This document shows, piece after piece, positions 24,295 through 38,213 of a stretch of 64,000 nucleotides of DNA. The notes beneath the pieces are model-generated. The model searched no databases, was not told the origin of the DNA, and saw only the letters and a program-made list of their open reading frames with translations. Position 1 is the stretch's first letter; every line of letters begins with the position of its first letter. The translations under genes were made by a program, and so were the position numbers. The DNA is from Rhizodiscina lignyota (Eukaryota): the NCBI GenBank assembly GCA_010015805.1, contig ML978126.1:1674001-1738000 (forward strand), written 5' to 3'.

Positions 24295-25678
24295 ATGCTC
24301 GATAGAATACTCCCAATACTCTCCACGGACTATTCCTGGACAGCAGCTGCCGTAGCTTTGCTAGTCGGATATGTCACCATTTGCAAAGTCCTCCGCTACC
24401 AACGCGCTCGAAGCAATCCCTACCTTCAACTCTACAAGACGCGAGAGGACTATTCTCGCATGACAGCTCAACATGCGTACGAGATCTTCGGGCTCACCTA
24501 CGCCCTCGAATTTCCATGGCTGTTGGATCTTGCTACCAAGATTTCAACCTACCGCACCATCGCAATGCCCAGTGTCGCGAAGCTTCTCGTATCGACTGGT
24601 CAATTCAATGAGCCAAAGCACGCACCAAAACGATACGCCGATACGGCGCTGCTAATTGGGGAATTCGTGGCACAACCTCCGGGGAGCTCAAGGTCTGTTG
24701 CTGCCTTGGCTCGGACGAATTACTTGCATGAGATATACCAGAAAGCGGGGAAGATTAGCAACAAGGACATGATCTATGTGTTGGGTGCCTTTGTCCTGAT
24801 ACCAATACGGTTCGTCAATCGCTGGGGCTACAGGAAGCTAAGTCCTTTGGAAACTTGCGCTTTGTAAGACATCCACACTGTCGAAAGACATGGAAATCGA
24901 ATATGGACTAACCTTCTATGCATTGTGTAGTGCCACACACTGGAAGCGAATCGGAGATGGAATGCACATAACTTGGGAACCGTTTCCATCCAACGCTTCG
25001 GGCTTCAAGGACGGCTTACAGTGGCTGGAGGAACTCGATGCATGGTGTGCTCAATATGAGTCAGAGAACTGGGTTGCCGATGAGAATTCTTATAAAGTAG
25101 GACAAATGGGCACTACCAAGATGTTCTCGAGGGTACCGCAGAGCTTCAGGCCCATCCTTGATAGAGTCATCAGTGCTCTCATGGATGACTGGCTGCGAAC
25201 AGTGATGATGTGAGTGACAATGCTCTGTTTCGGGCAATTTCCTTCTGGCGTCGCCACGCTGACTTTGTATCACAGGTTCCCTAAACCCTCGCCGATCTAC
25301 GGACTTGCCATATCTTCATTCTTCGCGATTCAAGGCTTCGTCATCAGAAATTTTCTCCCTCCTCGCCCTTTCAGCAGGGCAGTTAAGTCCTCCAGTTTAA
25401 TGTACGATCCAAAGACCGAGCGATATAACTATAAGGGTTACGACATTGAGCCCTGGTATGTCAAACCGACAACGTCCAATCGATACGGACTCGACGCTTG
25501 GTACAATTGGATTCTTGGCAATGAGATTCCTGGGTCGAGCGATAAGTTCGTACCTGGTGGCATTCGAATCGAGGATACAGGACCATATAAATATATTGGC
25601 AAGGGAAAGAAGGAATTTGAACGCGAGAAAGAGCATCTGTTTGCGATGAACCTGGGTGGATGCCCCTTCGGCCATTAA
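24295..25678 (+). CDS. ER-bound oxygenase, MpaB/Lcp-like (DUF2236-type), 3 exons
   Basis: N-terminal TM, LEFP, KRYADT, ARTNYLH, ISNKDMIYVL, RWGYRKL, EPWYVKPT, C-terminal GGCPF. Introns ~24863-24930 and ~25211-25275. Confidence 0.85.
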
Positions 25679-26156
25679 TAGTCTATCTCAAGAGGTGTTG
25701 AAAGCACCTTTCCATAAGTGCCTGCCAGGCGATGATGGTAGATTTAGATTTAGGTGCCAGCAAGCATCGAATAATCAGAGAGCATCTTTGGCGGCTCACG
25801 CCAAATTTGGACACAGCTGCCAATCGACGCCCTGGTTTTTTTTTTTTTTTTTGATAATCGCATCCAGAACCAAGCAAGTGTACAGCTTTCTGTTACTGTT
25901 TCTGATACCATTTCGATGCATGACAAACAATTATCACATCAATATTGGGAGACGACCGGACCCTGTTCAAGACGATCCGGCAAGATGGATGACTAGCTGA
26001 CAAATGCAGTTTGCTGGGCATCAAAACCATTGTTCTGCACAAGCTGGAGAATAATTGCAAAACACTCTTTGGGCTTGCTTTGATTCGGAAACAGCTTAGC
26101 TGCCATCTTTACCGAGTTGTCAAACATACGTGAAATTGGCGAACGATATATACAGT

Positions 26157-27701
26157 ATGACCGGCTCGCAGTGCAAGATCTGCAACAGACATCTCAGACC
26201 CAGTAAATCTCAGTGCATAAAGCACAAGCCGTAAAGCTAATATCCTGACAGGCCAGGATGTAAAAAGACATGAGCGATATTGTAGCAAACGAGGAGAGGT
26301 CGATTCGAGGCGCAGGGCATGTGACGGCTGCATTGGAAGCAAGTCGAGATGCCGGCCAACGGTGTCAGGCTGTACTAGGTGCTTGAAGAGGAATATTTCG
26401 TGTTCATTGTCTAGTATTATACATACACCAACACAAGTCATGCCGATGGACGATGTAGAAACGCCTCTTGAGAGACCGATTCCGCGGACGGCATATGTTG
26501 CTCACGGGGACGATGTCGGGATCACATCCAACGGGACGACAGAAGGACTTTCATTGCAAAACGATGATTTTACATGGGACTGTCTAAATCTCCCGTTGTC
26601 ATTCTCTCCTGTATTTGGGATGGACTTGACTCCAGGCGAGCCGTCACTTGGTATTAGGACGCTCGATACGGACTCTCAACAGCCGACCACAACGCCAACA
26701 CTATTCCAGCCAAAAGGTTTCGCAAATCCAGCATCAAAGTTAAGTGCAGGAATCGCAACAGCGATGCTCCGAGGGTACCCTGAGATGATGCGCTCCTGCG
26801 ATACGGTGCCGCCATTCTTCCATCCCCATTGCTACGAAGTGAATGGGGAGCGGAAGGTGCCTGCGCCGTTGGTGAACATAATGAGCATTGCCCAAATGTT
26901 CCATCGACGTGAGGAGAATAAGGGGTTCATCTGGCAGAACGTTGACAGGGAGAGGAAACGTTTGGTCGGCGAAGTGAGACAGCGCAGCTTAGATTTAGCA
27001 ACCCTGAAGGATCGCTGACATTTAGTGAACATTTAGTGCGATTGGTTGGATGCTGACAGCCTGCTCGCTGCGTTGCAAGCGTTATGCGTCGCGTGCCTTA
27101 TGAGATTCGTCGATGGCGAGACCGAAATCGAAGACTTTGATTTCCAACTCCTCACTTGCGTCAATGTAGTTCTCCGCATCAGCAAACGAAAGGGAACTTG
27201 TAGCTGATTATACATTCCAGAAGATAGCCACGCGCCTTGTTGATGTAACCGGGAACCTCGTAGCCAAGGACGATCTGGAAGGACGGCGGATGACGTGGAA
27301 TGAGTGGATATTTGCGGAGTGTAAGCGGAGGTGTGTTTTGGGTTTCAATTCAAGATTTCTAGCTCATTAACTGCAGGACATTACTTGTGTTCCGAGTATT
27401 GCAAAAGATTGTCCACTTGGACATATTGCTGCCATGTCCAACTCTGCCGGAATATGCAGCGGCGCCGTTACCAGCGAGCAAACAGTTGTGGCGAGCAAGC
27501 ACTGCCGAGGATTGGGAGCGAGCGAGAGATTATGACTCGAGGGACTTGTGGGTTCATGGAATGCTTAAGGACGGGAGTCTTGCGGCGCTGAAGGATGGTG
27601 TTGACTCGACACATCGTAGAATTGTTGATTGGGATCGATGGTATGCGGGGGTTGATGAGCTCGGGGTTCTTGCAGTTCTGTCAGCAAATATACAAGCGTG
27701 A
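26157..27701 (+). CDS. Transcription factor with an N-terminal C2H2-like finger plus a Zn2Cys6 cluster, multi-exon
   Basis: CKICNRHL…KRHERYC, then RRRACDGCIGSKSRCRPTVSGCTRCLKRNISC. PPFFHP, WNEWIFAECKRR, PLPASKQLW, WYAGVDELG fungal TF C-terminal motifs. Confidence 0.8.
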
Positions 27702-27820
27702 GGTCCTTTCGTGCGGTTCGGGGAACGTACGGGAAGCAAGATGATAGTAGGCTTTAGGTGCGCTCCAGCGCTCTGCTACTCTGCTTCCCTATTTGCGATA
27801 AAGCATGTATGGCGGCGCTC

Positions 27821-29225
27821 TCATTTAGCAAGGTTCAACTGCTTTAGAGGCCAAAGCAAGGCCGCACTCCAGTCCTTCCCCAGCACTGACTTGACGGATT
27901 TGGCAAGCTGTGTCGTATACTCCCCCAAGAACCAGCGGTCAATGTGGTTCCGTAGCATCGCGCACCAATGCACAAGTACAACCAGTGCTAGTGGATGCTT
28001 GTCCTGGAGAAGAGATAAATATTTATTCGACACACTAAAAGGCCAGCAAATCAAATGCGGCCAAGTCTTGGGACATCCAGCAACCAGTTGATACCAATTC
28101 CGCAGTTTGATGACAGCATCGCGACATACCTCTTTCTGTTCGTCCGTGTCTTCTCCTGCCTGAATGATGATTTCAAGAATATCGAGTGCCTGTCGAACAT
28201 CATCGTCCAGCGGCCTGTATGGAAAGCATACGGGATTGCGACCAGGCAGAATGCCTTTGTAAGTGTGTCGTGCCAGTGCGCCGAATTGACAAACCAGCGT
28301 CCAAGCGCTGCGTAATGCTAAAATAGCGCCTATGCCTTCATCGAGGCAGTCCATTTCTGAGCCGTTTGACTTGCTAGAAGATGTCTTAAATTGGAATATT
28401 GCAACGATGAGGGAGAAAGCGAGCACTGCAACACAGTTCTTGTCGTCTATGGTAGTAATTGATGACCGAAACAAGGTGAGCGCGTTGTCAAACTGCTTCT
28501 GTGCCGCCATACTGTAGCTTTGGTAGCTCGGCTGCTGCAGATGAGCTATGTGTAATGCTGAAATTGATAGCACTCCATGCATGAGGAAGGGATTTTCCTG
28601 TGCATAGCGTGGTATTTCAGTTCTCCATATCCAAGTCGTGGTGCCTATCATAGCAAGCGTCCCTGAAGTATGAGAGGTCCAATGTGCCATCAGTTGTGAA
28701 TTTGACGAGTTGAAGACGGGAGATTGCAGAATAGCATCCGTAAGTGGCAATGTATCGAGAGGTTGAGAAGCATGGTAAGTCCAATGTGTCGTGAACTGGG
28801 TATGTGAGTTGAAGCCAGGTGATTGATCCCCGAGCTGTGGTGTCGCCTCTTTCGAGTCTTCAGTCTGGGATCGCCAGGTTTCTGACCTGAAATCTTTGTT
28901 AATTCTCCAATTCTTTTCGGTATTCAATTGAAACTTACTTGCAGGCCTCACTAGCTTCTGAATGAGGCGTCTCGGCTGCAGCACACGTCGTCAAATGCTG
29001 GTAGTTGCACCAATCGCCTCGCCTCTTGCAATGCCCGCAAATTGGCGCCTGCAAGTCACACTGGCATTAATCACAATATTTTAGCTGATCTAATCTTCAA
29101 AATATTGCGGCTGAATTACGATTTTACAGCCGCAGAATGGACGAGCATACCCTGACGCGCCTCCGTTTGCACATTACACAGCCATTCCGCGTTTTCGTAT
29201 GATATCTTCGCGATCCGTCAGGCAT
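27821..29225 (-). CDS. Zn2Cys6 transcription factor, Upc2/sterol-uptake-control-like, 3 exons
   Basis: RRYHTKTRNGCVMCKRRRVR|CDLQAPICGHCKRRGDWC. C-terminal domain with IPRYAQENPFLMHGVLSISALH and HPLALVVLVHW. Confidence 0.85.
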
Positions 29226-30765
29226 CCTGTTTGGGGAAGAATGAGTATTCAATTCCTAAACGAAGTTTGGTGAACGAAGACGGTGCATCTTGGGTTTGGT
29301 CAGAATACTTATCCAGCGAGCTACGAGGCCGAATTGAAGGCCAATAGGGCTGTACTAACCCAGTTCAGCACCTGGCCTGGATTGAGTTTAGTGTACGAAG
29401 TGGAACGCGCAGCCACAGCAGGGGATTCTCCGACGACACTGCTGCCAAGTTGCTCAGCCGTCCTTTGGAGAGCCTGATATCGGTTCAACAATGACGCGTC
29501 TTACTCCCTAGACACATCGGCTTTGTCTTCTCTTCGGCATCGTGCACGCTGGTGTCACAACGGTCGAGATTATTGAATTGCCCGTTCAGACCAACCGGAT
29601 CGCCGCCAGCACATCTCCGTCTGTCATCCGGGAGCCGTAGCCCCTAAGCGGAGATGAGAGAGATGATGTCAACAGGAAAGAGTTGCGGAACCTCAGACGA
29701 TTTATTCGTGTCGTTCCCTACGTCGCAGCCGGTACCGGTTACGCGCCAGGTCCCTGCGCCGAAAGGCTACCTCTTCTCTCCAAAGCAGTCAAGTCCATGC
29801 ATCTGATCAGCCTTTGAACGCGAATTCAAATGTGCGGAGAGGGTCGCACATACGTACTATTGAGGCTGAGAACCCCTGATTATTTGCCGTAGAGCCGGAG
29901 CTTTCTGTGACTCTGTGGTCGTGCTAGCTTCATCCTCCAACTTGCTCAACTATCACTCTCCATCGCATAATGATATACACTTCTTCTTTACTCTCACAGA
30001 GACTTTCACTCAGATGATGGTGCTTGTCTATACCTACTGCTCACGTTATTATAGAATCCGCGATTTTCTGAACCCCATGGCACTGCGGTTCCAAGAAGCA
30101 GCTGTCAAAGCGATTGGGCAGCTAAAACTTCGAATGCGAGCAATTACGACGAATGTTCTGAGCAGAAATAAGATTTAGAGTGATGGAAGGAGTACCCAGA
30201 AAGAATTGGCGAAGAAAATGGTGGATCGTAGATGCATCGGCTTGTCGACAGCCCCAGCGAGTAGCTCCTCGGAGATGGAGACTTCCAACGACAATGTCCT
30301 CTCCAGTCCAAGCAATTGCAGTACTCGACCCGTATCGCTTGCGGCGCTCCTATAAATCGTACTCGAACGCCAAATTCTTCGAGTACCATATCATTGCACT
30401 CAGCCAGCGACACGTCACGGAACTCCGTGTCATCTCGGCGCCATTGTCCGGACAAGCTCTTAGCCTCTAACGAGGCAAATGACAAGTATAACGCAATGGC
30501 GAGTCGACAATCGCTCCGAACTGTGAAAAGCAGCCGACAGCAGAGATGTCGAAGAATCCTGCGAGTCTCAACGGAGACAATACCATTATAGCGACAAGAC
30601 ATGCAGAGCCATCGTCAATTTGCTCCGCTTCTCGCAGAGACCTCTGTCACAGCAGTGAGGTATAAATGACTTTTGGCACTCGTTCGACAGCTCCAGCAAC
30701 CCTTCTCGTCACCGCCTTCAAATACCGATACCGGCCAGCCATTTAGCTCATTCCATAACTACATA

Positions 30766-31718
30766 ATGCGCACGCCTTTCCCTTCACTGACGGAGACATG
30801 GCACTCTTCGTCATATCCAGCTATATCTCCTTCTCGTCCAGAACTCTTTGTCAAGGGGAGAACAGTTCTGGTTACGGGTGGAGGCGTTGGAATCGGCGCG
30901 GGTATCACGCGAGCCTTTGCGGAAGCGGGAGCGGCCTGTGTCGCGCTAATGAGTCGGTCAGAGAAGAATCTGCTTGCGACGAAAGCCAGCATTGAAGATG
31001 CATTCCCCGCGGCCAAAGTACTCACTGTCGTAGCCGACGTGACCGACCGGCAATCAGTCCAGACAGCGTTCGACTACATACTCGACCATATGGGGAAGAT
31101 TGATATCTGCGTCTGCAATGCGGGCGTCTTGGGTACAGCTGGGCCTGCTGCCACGGTCGATCCGGAGACTTGGTTTGAGCCGTATGAGGTCAACGTCAAA
31201 GGCTCGCTTTTAGTAGCGCAAGCCTTCCTCCGTCAAGCAACTAGCGGCTCATTTCTCCTGCACATCGCGAGCGGCATGTCTCATATGCCAGCTGTCGAGA
31301 CACAACTTTCTGCATATGTATCCAGCAAGGCCGCGTCGACCAAGCTATTCGATTACATTGCATTTGAGAATCCAAGCATTCACGTTGTCAATATCCAACC
31401 TGGTATTGTAGCAAGCGAGGGAAATCGTCAGAGTGGTGCGCCTGTTCTGGATGATCGTAAGTTGAAGTTGCTCCATCATTGAAGCATGAACTTGCTGAGA
31501 ATTTGCCGACAGCTGAGTTGCCCGGCCATTTCTGTGTATGGCTTGTGAGTCCAGAGGCGCAGTTTTTGAAAAGTAAGTATGTGTGGGTCAACTGGGATGT
31601 CGACGAACTAAAAGTCAGAAAGAAAGAGATCTTGGAGACTGAGTTGCTTGATATCAAGCTTGATGCGCTGTCTTTCAAGGATTGGAAGCTTGCCAACCTG
31701 TTCGAATTCACCCGCTGA
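30766..31718 (+). CDS. Short-chain dehydrogenase/reductase, 2 exons
   Basis: TGGGVGIG, CNAG, YVSSK, NIQPG. After the intron: ELPGHFCVWLVSPEAQFLKSKYVWVNWDVDEL. Confidence 0.92.
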
Positions 31719-32259
31719 TGACATTGAGGCATTACACGGCACACTAGAAAACAGAGCGTGCATTATTCGCTGTCACTGCGCTTCCATTGTTTCTCTTCAT
31801 TAATGAGACCGATCTCGCTTGCACATTGATATTGCGTCTGCCAAAGCCTTGTGCACCCCAACTTGCCTCGGCCCACGAACCCAAGCACAGTGGCTATGAA
31901 GTTTACTTGCTAGTCTGACGTGTGGCGATTAACTGTGACAGTATCTAATAAAGCTGTTGTGGTGTCTCTGAGCAGCTGCCACGTCGAATCCTTCACCGAT
32001 TTCCGCCTTCCCGAATGATGAATCGGGCCAGCAGGCGCCCTGTTACAGGCTGCATTCAATGCCAACAACCTGACACTTGGCCGGTTGGGTAGTAATGCTA
32101 CGGTCAGGCGCACGCCGGAAGAGCCAGCATGAATGCCGTTGGAAAGTGCCGCCTGCATATATATACTGGCACTTCCGCTGTACTTTGCAATCATTATCAA
32201 AACTTGAACAGCACAGCTGAAATACTCAAAGAACATTATTCTTGACAATTTCTATAAAT

Positions 32260-32726
32260 ATGTCTCAAGAGACATCTACCCTCACGCCCGACTCATATGG
32301 CCAAGTCTACGTGGTCTCATACTTCAAGCCTCTTGCGGGAAAGAAGGATATTGTGAGTAGAGAGAATACCTGTAATAATCCGAGCATTACTAACTTCAGA
32401 GAAGATCATTGCGGGAATGAAGGAGCTTGCGGCGGCGGTTGAGGAGAACGAACCGCGTACGCAAGTGTACGAAGTGTTCTGGGATGAAGAAGAAGGCGTT
32501 GTCGTTGTCATGCCAAAGTACGTTCAGAGGAACTGTCCTGGCTTACAGCGCGAAATGCAACATTTTGATTGACTACTCTTCTAGATATGCGGACGTCGCT
32601 ACGGCAGAGGCGCATAAGAACTCGACACATCTCCAGGAAGCGATGAAGCGGTCTACTGAAGCAGTGGTTCTAGCAGCGCCCCCTCAGACTAAAGTCTTAA
32701 CCAAGCTAGCTAGCTTTGTGCGTTAA
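32260..32726 (+). CDS. ABM / dimeric alpha-beta barrel protein, 3 exons
   Basis: Spliced product VYVVSYFKPLAGKKDI|…ELAAAVEENEPRTQVYEVF…|YADVATAEAHKNSTHL, the typical ABM pattern. Canonical introns. Confidence 0.7.
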
Positions 32727-32973
32727 GCAGAACGTACAACGTGCGATCGGCGAAAACCCATTCGGCGCTGATGATATGATAGACATTGATGAGACCTGAA
32801 CAACCGGGGAATGATATGAGTGAGGGAGGAATGAAAGATTCTGAGAGACTGAGATGAAGGCTTGAATTCCGGATATCAAACTAATGGCGCACTCTTGAAA
32901 CGTGACAATTGATGTGGCATCGGGGTATCAATGGAAAGTTTCCTGCCCCACTCAATGTTGGCTGATATGCTCG

Positions 32974-33998
32974 TCAAACTGCCAAAGCCGTGACCCGCGG
33001 CGCTTCTAAGGAAGCAGCCTTAAGTCTCTCAAGTTCCTTCTGCTTCATTTCTGCTTGACGGCGGATTCTCTCCGGCACCACGGGGTCTCGTGTTCCAGTA
33101 ATCTTCCAATCTTCCAACTGGTCTTTGCCCAGCATTGCGAGAGTCTTGAGCTCCACAAGGCTGTAGTCTTCTGGGTTTTCGCGGTTGAAGTTGAACGGCT
33201 GTTTCAGAGCGACGGGCGGATTTGTTATGATACGCAGGTTCCGGAGACTGTTTCGTGATGCGGAATGGAGCATGAGTGGGTGCATTAAGATCACATCGCC
33301 AGTTTTGCCGGTCATTTCGTGGAACTCGTGGCACTGGGATACAATCTCGCAGAAGAACCCAAGGCCTTCATGCTTCGGCTTTTCCCCTCGAGGTACCATC
33401 CGCGGATAAACACCTTCTGTGTGCTCATACTACTAATAATTAGTGAATCGTGAAGGCAATGCAAAGGGGGATCACTGACAAGATGCTTTGCAATGACTGG
33501 CATCCCATCAGAGCAAATAACAGTCCCCCCTCCGGAGGGCTCGATGTCCGTGAAGAGCGGGATAACGAGCAGGCCTTGCTCCGGGCTGTCAAGGAAATGC
33601 ATGAAGAAGTCTCCGTCGACATGCCAGCCAGGCAAGCCCCTCGGATCTGGTTCTCTTCCCTCAAATTCCTTCGAGCCCAAGTTTACAATGAGACTGTCCT
33701 GCCACACTCCAGATTCTGGGGCGATCCGGTCTTCCCCACCTAACAGTTCGCACATAGTATCCCAAGCTTTCGGCGCAAAGGTAGCGGTAGACTCGGTGCG
33801 ATGAGAAGGCATGTTGATGCGCTCCTGTGTCCACGTTGACTTGTCGGTTGGTGACATCCCCAGTCTTTTCCACACATTGGAGGTCCATTCTTCTGCCTTC
33901 TCAGGCGAGAAGCAATTTGGTATCCTGAGAAAGCCATGCTTCATGAATGAGTCCACTTGCTCCTCTGTAAGATGTTGAAACTTTCTCTGCGATGTCAT
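32974..33998 (-). CDS. Phytanoyl-CoA dioxygenase (PhyH)-like Fe(II)/2OG protein, 2 exons
   Basis: LTEEQVDSFMKHGFLRI, WHVDGD (HxD), GGGT, GKTGDVILMHPLMLHSAS (distal His). Confidence 0.85.
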
Positions 33999-34813
33999 GC
34001 TGTTGTATTGTCCAATGCGCCGTAGAAGCAATAGCCAATCGTAATTGTTCCTGAAGTGAAGATATGGATTTCTGTTTTCCTTCTCACAAATTCAGTGAAG
34101 AGCTTCGCTTCGGTTCCTGATATCTACACAAGTATTAGAGTTTGGCCTGTTCCTTTCATGAGGTTCTTATACGTATAGTCACAGGTCAGCGGCAAATCGG
34201 CAACAGGCTAAATTATGCATATGCGCCGACCTTAAACCAGACAACATCCGTTTGTTTTTTGTTTCTCCGATACGGTATATCTTGAATCTGGTACCTTTCT
34301 GCTCTACACATTGATCGTGTCAACTGTCGTAGTGAGAGGAGACTCGATCCAAGTCCATTCCGGCTGGACAGTCCCGTTTACTTGTCTCGTGTGCTCAAAC
34401 TTCTCGCAAGCCTGCTCTCTTTTACCGCTCATAATGAGAGTCAGACAGCCTCAATTCAGTGCTCATCAAGACGAGAAGCGAATTCTGAGATATCGGGGTA
34501 GAAACACCGACATTGTCAGAGGAGGTGGAGTGAGAGATGTGCGGGGAAGCAAATCCTCCGGTTAAATTGGTGCCAAGCTTGGAAGGCTGTCTTTGCATAA
34601 GGACTTCGGGACACAGTTGGCAGCTTATCTAGAGATATGTTGAATACTGTGGGAGTTCTGACAGTAGCAGAAGTTCGTTTATTTGGAGGCAAAAGAGCTC
34701 ATGGCGCCACGCAAGGCATGCAGTATTAGGAAAGGCATTTATCGTTCGCTATGAACGTAAAGTACATTTGAAACAGCTATCTCCTATCACATCCAGTTAA
34801 AATAACACATTGA

Positions 34814-36909
34814 CTACAATTCTTTATCGTGTCTCGCCTTATCCTGATCTCCTTGCAGCTCGAGTAAAATGTCCGCCGAAATCTTCTCTGCCAGCATATA
34901 CACCGTCGACTGTGGATGTCCTGGAGGCAGTATCGGAAAAGTGCTTGCATCAACTATCCGCAAACCTTCCACTCCGAATACTTTTGCTTTTGAATCAACG
35001 ACTGCTGTATCATCATCCGTTTTGCCCATCTTGCATGTCGACGAAGGGTGGAAGAACATGCCACAAGTCTCCTTCATGAGCGATATGATGTCTTCATCCT
35101 TTGTATAACTTGCCCCAGGGAAGTATTCTTTTCCGATTATTACCTCCGGTATCTTTGAGACCATCTCCCTGGCACGCTTGAAGCCGGCAAGCATGGCTTC
35201 GACGTCCATGGGGTGCGTGAGCCAGCCAGGATTGATTAGTGGCTGCTCTGCGGCATCTGCGCTTGCAATGCTAACGTTTCCTCGCGAGAGTGGGGAGACA
35301 AGGAGGAATGCAAGCGTGGCGTAATCGAAACCGTCGACAGGATCGGCGAGATCGGAGTAGCGGCCGAACAGTGCAGCGACGTTGATGAATTCAAAGGCTG
35401 GCCAGTCGGAGGGGAATGAGCGTTCGAAAAATGAGTGCGTGGATGGGGACACGAGTTTGGGATCGAGCTAGCGTTGAGAACATCAGCACACGACAGTGCT
35501 TCGGAACAAGATCTCGAGGCAGTGATGAAAGGAGACAAGAACGGAAAACGAACCTTTTCCCAAGCCCAAGAGCCCCAAGGCGCCGAAAGAGGGCCCGAAG
35601 CGCTCGTCAAGAATGCTTCTCCAGCTGCAGCTCCAGCTGAAGGGTCATTTAGTAGCCTGCTAACCGTTGGAACTTTGACCCTGAGTCCAATGCTGCCCAA
35701 TGGCTGATCCTGCAAGTTCATCCCAACACCCTTTCGGTCTGCGAGCACGGGAATATCGAAGCGTTCTAAAGTTTCTTTTGGACCAATTCCAGAGACCATT
35801 AACATTTGCGGACTCTTGAAGGCTCCTGCTGACAGGATGACTTCTTTGCCAGCACTGATAGTGTACTCCTTTCCTGCGGTATTGACAAGGACTCCAGTTG
35901 CAACCTTCTCGGGAGAGAAGAGGATCTTTTTTGCCATTGTGTGAGTATACACCTTCAAATTCCACTTTTCTTCCATGATCGCCTTCAGGAGGAAGCTCGT
36001 CTGGCTTGAGTCACGGTGCGCATTCTCTGGATTTATGGTGCCTGATATCCATCCAGAGCCCAGAAGGCCACCGCTATTAAAGCCATCCTTTCTTCTTTGA
36101 ATTCCAACTGCATCAAATGCTTTTTGGCCCCAGATGGACCACGGGTCTGCGTAGTTTGGCCAGGATACACGAAGAGGACCCCCGAGGGTATTGTCGAATG
36201 CAGATGGATCGCTTGATACGATTGAAAGTGTTCCATTATCCCGACCGCGCAGGTGGTAGTTGGGCGAGTAGACATGAGTCGACTTCTTGTAGTATGGAAG
36301 GACCGAGTCGAATTCGTAGCTGGGGTCACCGACCATCTCAGCCCACATATGCATGGAGCCCTTTGTTGGACTACAAATATCAGTCTGCCACTGCTGCAGT
36401 TGAAGTGGAACGAGACGGGAATGCCGTTACCGTTGATATACTTGAACGTTGCGCGCCGAGCCTCCTCCCAGGGTCTTGCCTTGTGCGAACCGTAATCGCC
36501 TGTCAAAAAGACCCTGCCACATCAATTAGCAAAGAAGTTTGAAACCCGCTCTCTGAAAACATACAGCCTGTGGTGTCGTCATGAAATCCCAATCGATCAA
36601 AGGTTGAGACACTTCTGGTACTGTCCCAAAGTACTGCCCGCCAGCAAGGCCAGCAATCACGCTCCCATTACCATTGTCTTGCTGGTAAAAGCTACCAGCC
36701 TCAATCACTGCGACGGTGACTGACGGGTCCTCCGCGAGTCGGTATGCGATGGTAAGGCCAGCAGTGCCTCCACCGATAATGACATAGTCGTAGGTTGCCG
36801 GTATAAACGGCGGGCCAAAATTGTTTCCAAGAAGAGGAATGAATGAGACGACAGGAGTCTGAAGCGAGCAAAATCCAAGCAAGCCGCAAAGCAGTCGCTG
36901 AAATGCCAT
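34814..36909 (-). CDS. Secreted GMC oxidoreductase, multi-exon
   Basis: Signal peptide, YDYVIIGGGTAG, GKTLGGGSARN, EVILSAGAFKSPQMLMVSGIGP, VGMNLQDQ, SRGNV, HPSSTCKMG, GHPQSTVYMLAEK. Confidence 0.93.
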
Positions 36910-38213
36910 TATTGAAAATCAAGAAATGAACTTAGCTTAGTATCAAGTTCTCTGTGATGCGCATATCAGAGACTTGAGCTTAAATATATTTCCGTGTCCT
37001 GCTTTGTTTGTTATTTCGACAACTTGAGAAACATCTTTCTCCTTTCCACCTCGGACACTCGGTCGAGTTGTGGAAAGGGACAACGCCAAGCTGCTTAAAG
37101 ATGATACGAATGCGAGGGCAGCGCTGGAAGCCTTGCGGTCTTCCTAATCATCTCTTCCAATTCGCTTTGAGTAAAGGGAGCGACGATTATGTCAGGCCTT
37201 ACTACCATCGCCCAACGGGTGCAGTGTGGCTTGCGAGCTGAGGCTCGCTCAAAGTGTCGAAGCTCGGGACATTCCACATGGCCATGAGGCCGCCGATCAA
37301 CGTACACGCTTGCTGCCCTGACAAACTCGAATACATTGAGGAAAGTACTCGCGAGATATTCAGGCGGGCTTGAGCATCGGGATTCCATTGTGGCTATGGT
37401 ATCGTGGGGCGACGGCTTAGTTCTCGCCAAGATGGCAGAATAAGGACGAAAGACCGGTGTGGTTTAAGGCGGAAATTAGCAGCGATGTCTAAGCAAAGCC
37501 GTGTGCCTCGAGTACCGGAAAGTGGCCATCTTCAGTAGCAAGGGTGAGATTTATCATCTACTGTCACCTACATGTATGGAGGAGGCGAAGGAGATGTGGA
37601 TGAAGAAATACGACGTTCCAGCGGCTGCACTTGCCCTCGGCTCGGCAGATCTTCGGCGCGATATTGCACCCCTTGTCCTTCGGCTAAGGAGGCCTGAGGA
37701 GCCCCTTTCTTGCTGCTACTTTGTCTTGTCTGCACGCATCTCAGGGCGCTTTATGCAACTGAAGAAGGAACAGCGGCGAAATTTGTGCCTCATACAGAAT
37801 GCAGATTTGGAAAGTCGCAGGCGACGAGCTAGCCGTTTATCCACGATGATGATCCTCAGAACAGAACTCGCAGAGCGGACGCGCGAAAATGGACGGATAT
37901 CTCAACCGCACAGCCCATCTGCCTCACAGATCGTTCTTATACCACGCCTCAATTGCCACATACAAGCCGAAGCCGCTCACAAAGCGATTCTGCAATCATT
38001 CTTGCTGTGACGTAGAGAACAGAAAGCTAAGCAATTGATTTGCTGTAGAGCTAGGTTCTCCTCGTTCTCCTGGGACCTCAAAGCTTCAATTTCAGGCGCT
38101 CTCTCTATATTATGCTTAATGAAAGTTTGATAAGCTCAAGCACATTGACGAGTACATTCGCCTCTGTTTGATCAAACCGTACATGCAAAATTGCCAATTC
38201 AGCAAATACAAGG

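Noticed and set aside
25835..25852. Poly-T tract
   Set aside because: A simple intergenic homopolymer with no target-site duplication or retro-element context.
29915..30602. Short overlapping ORFs upstream of the SDR
   Set aside because: No recognisable motif or consistent frame, so a gene cannot be supported.
37501..38010. 169-aa ORF between the GMC and SDR genes
   Set aside because: Non-ATG start, no motif, and it lies in a divergent promoter region.
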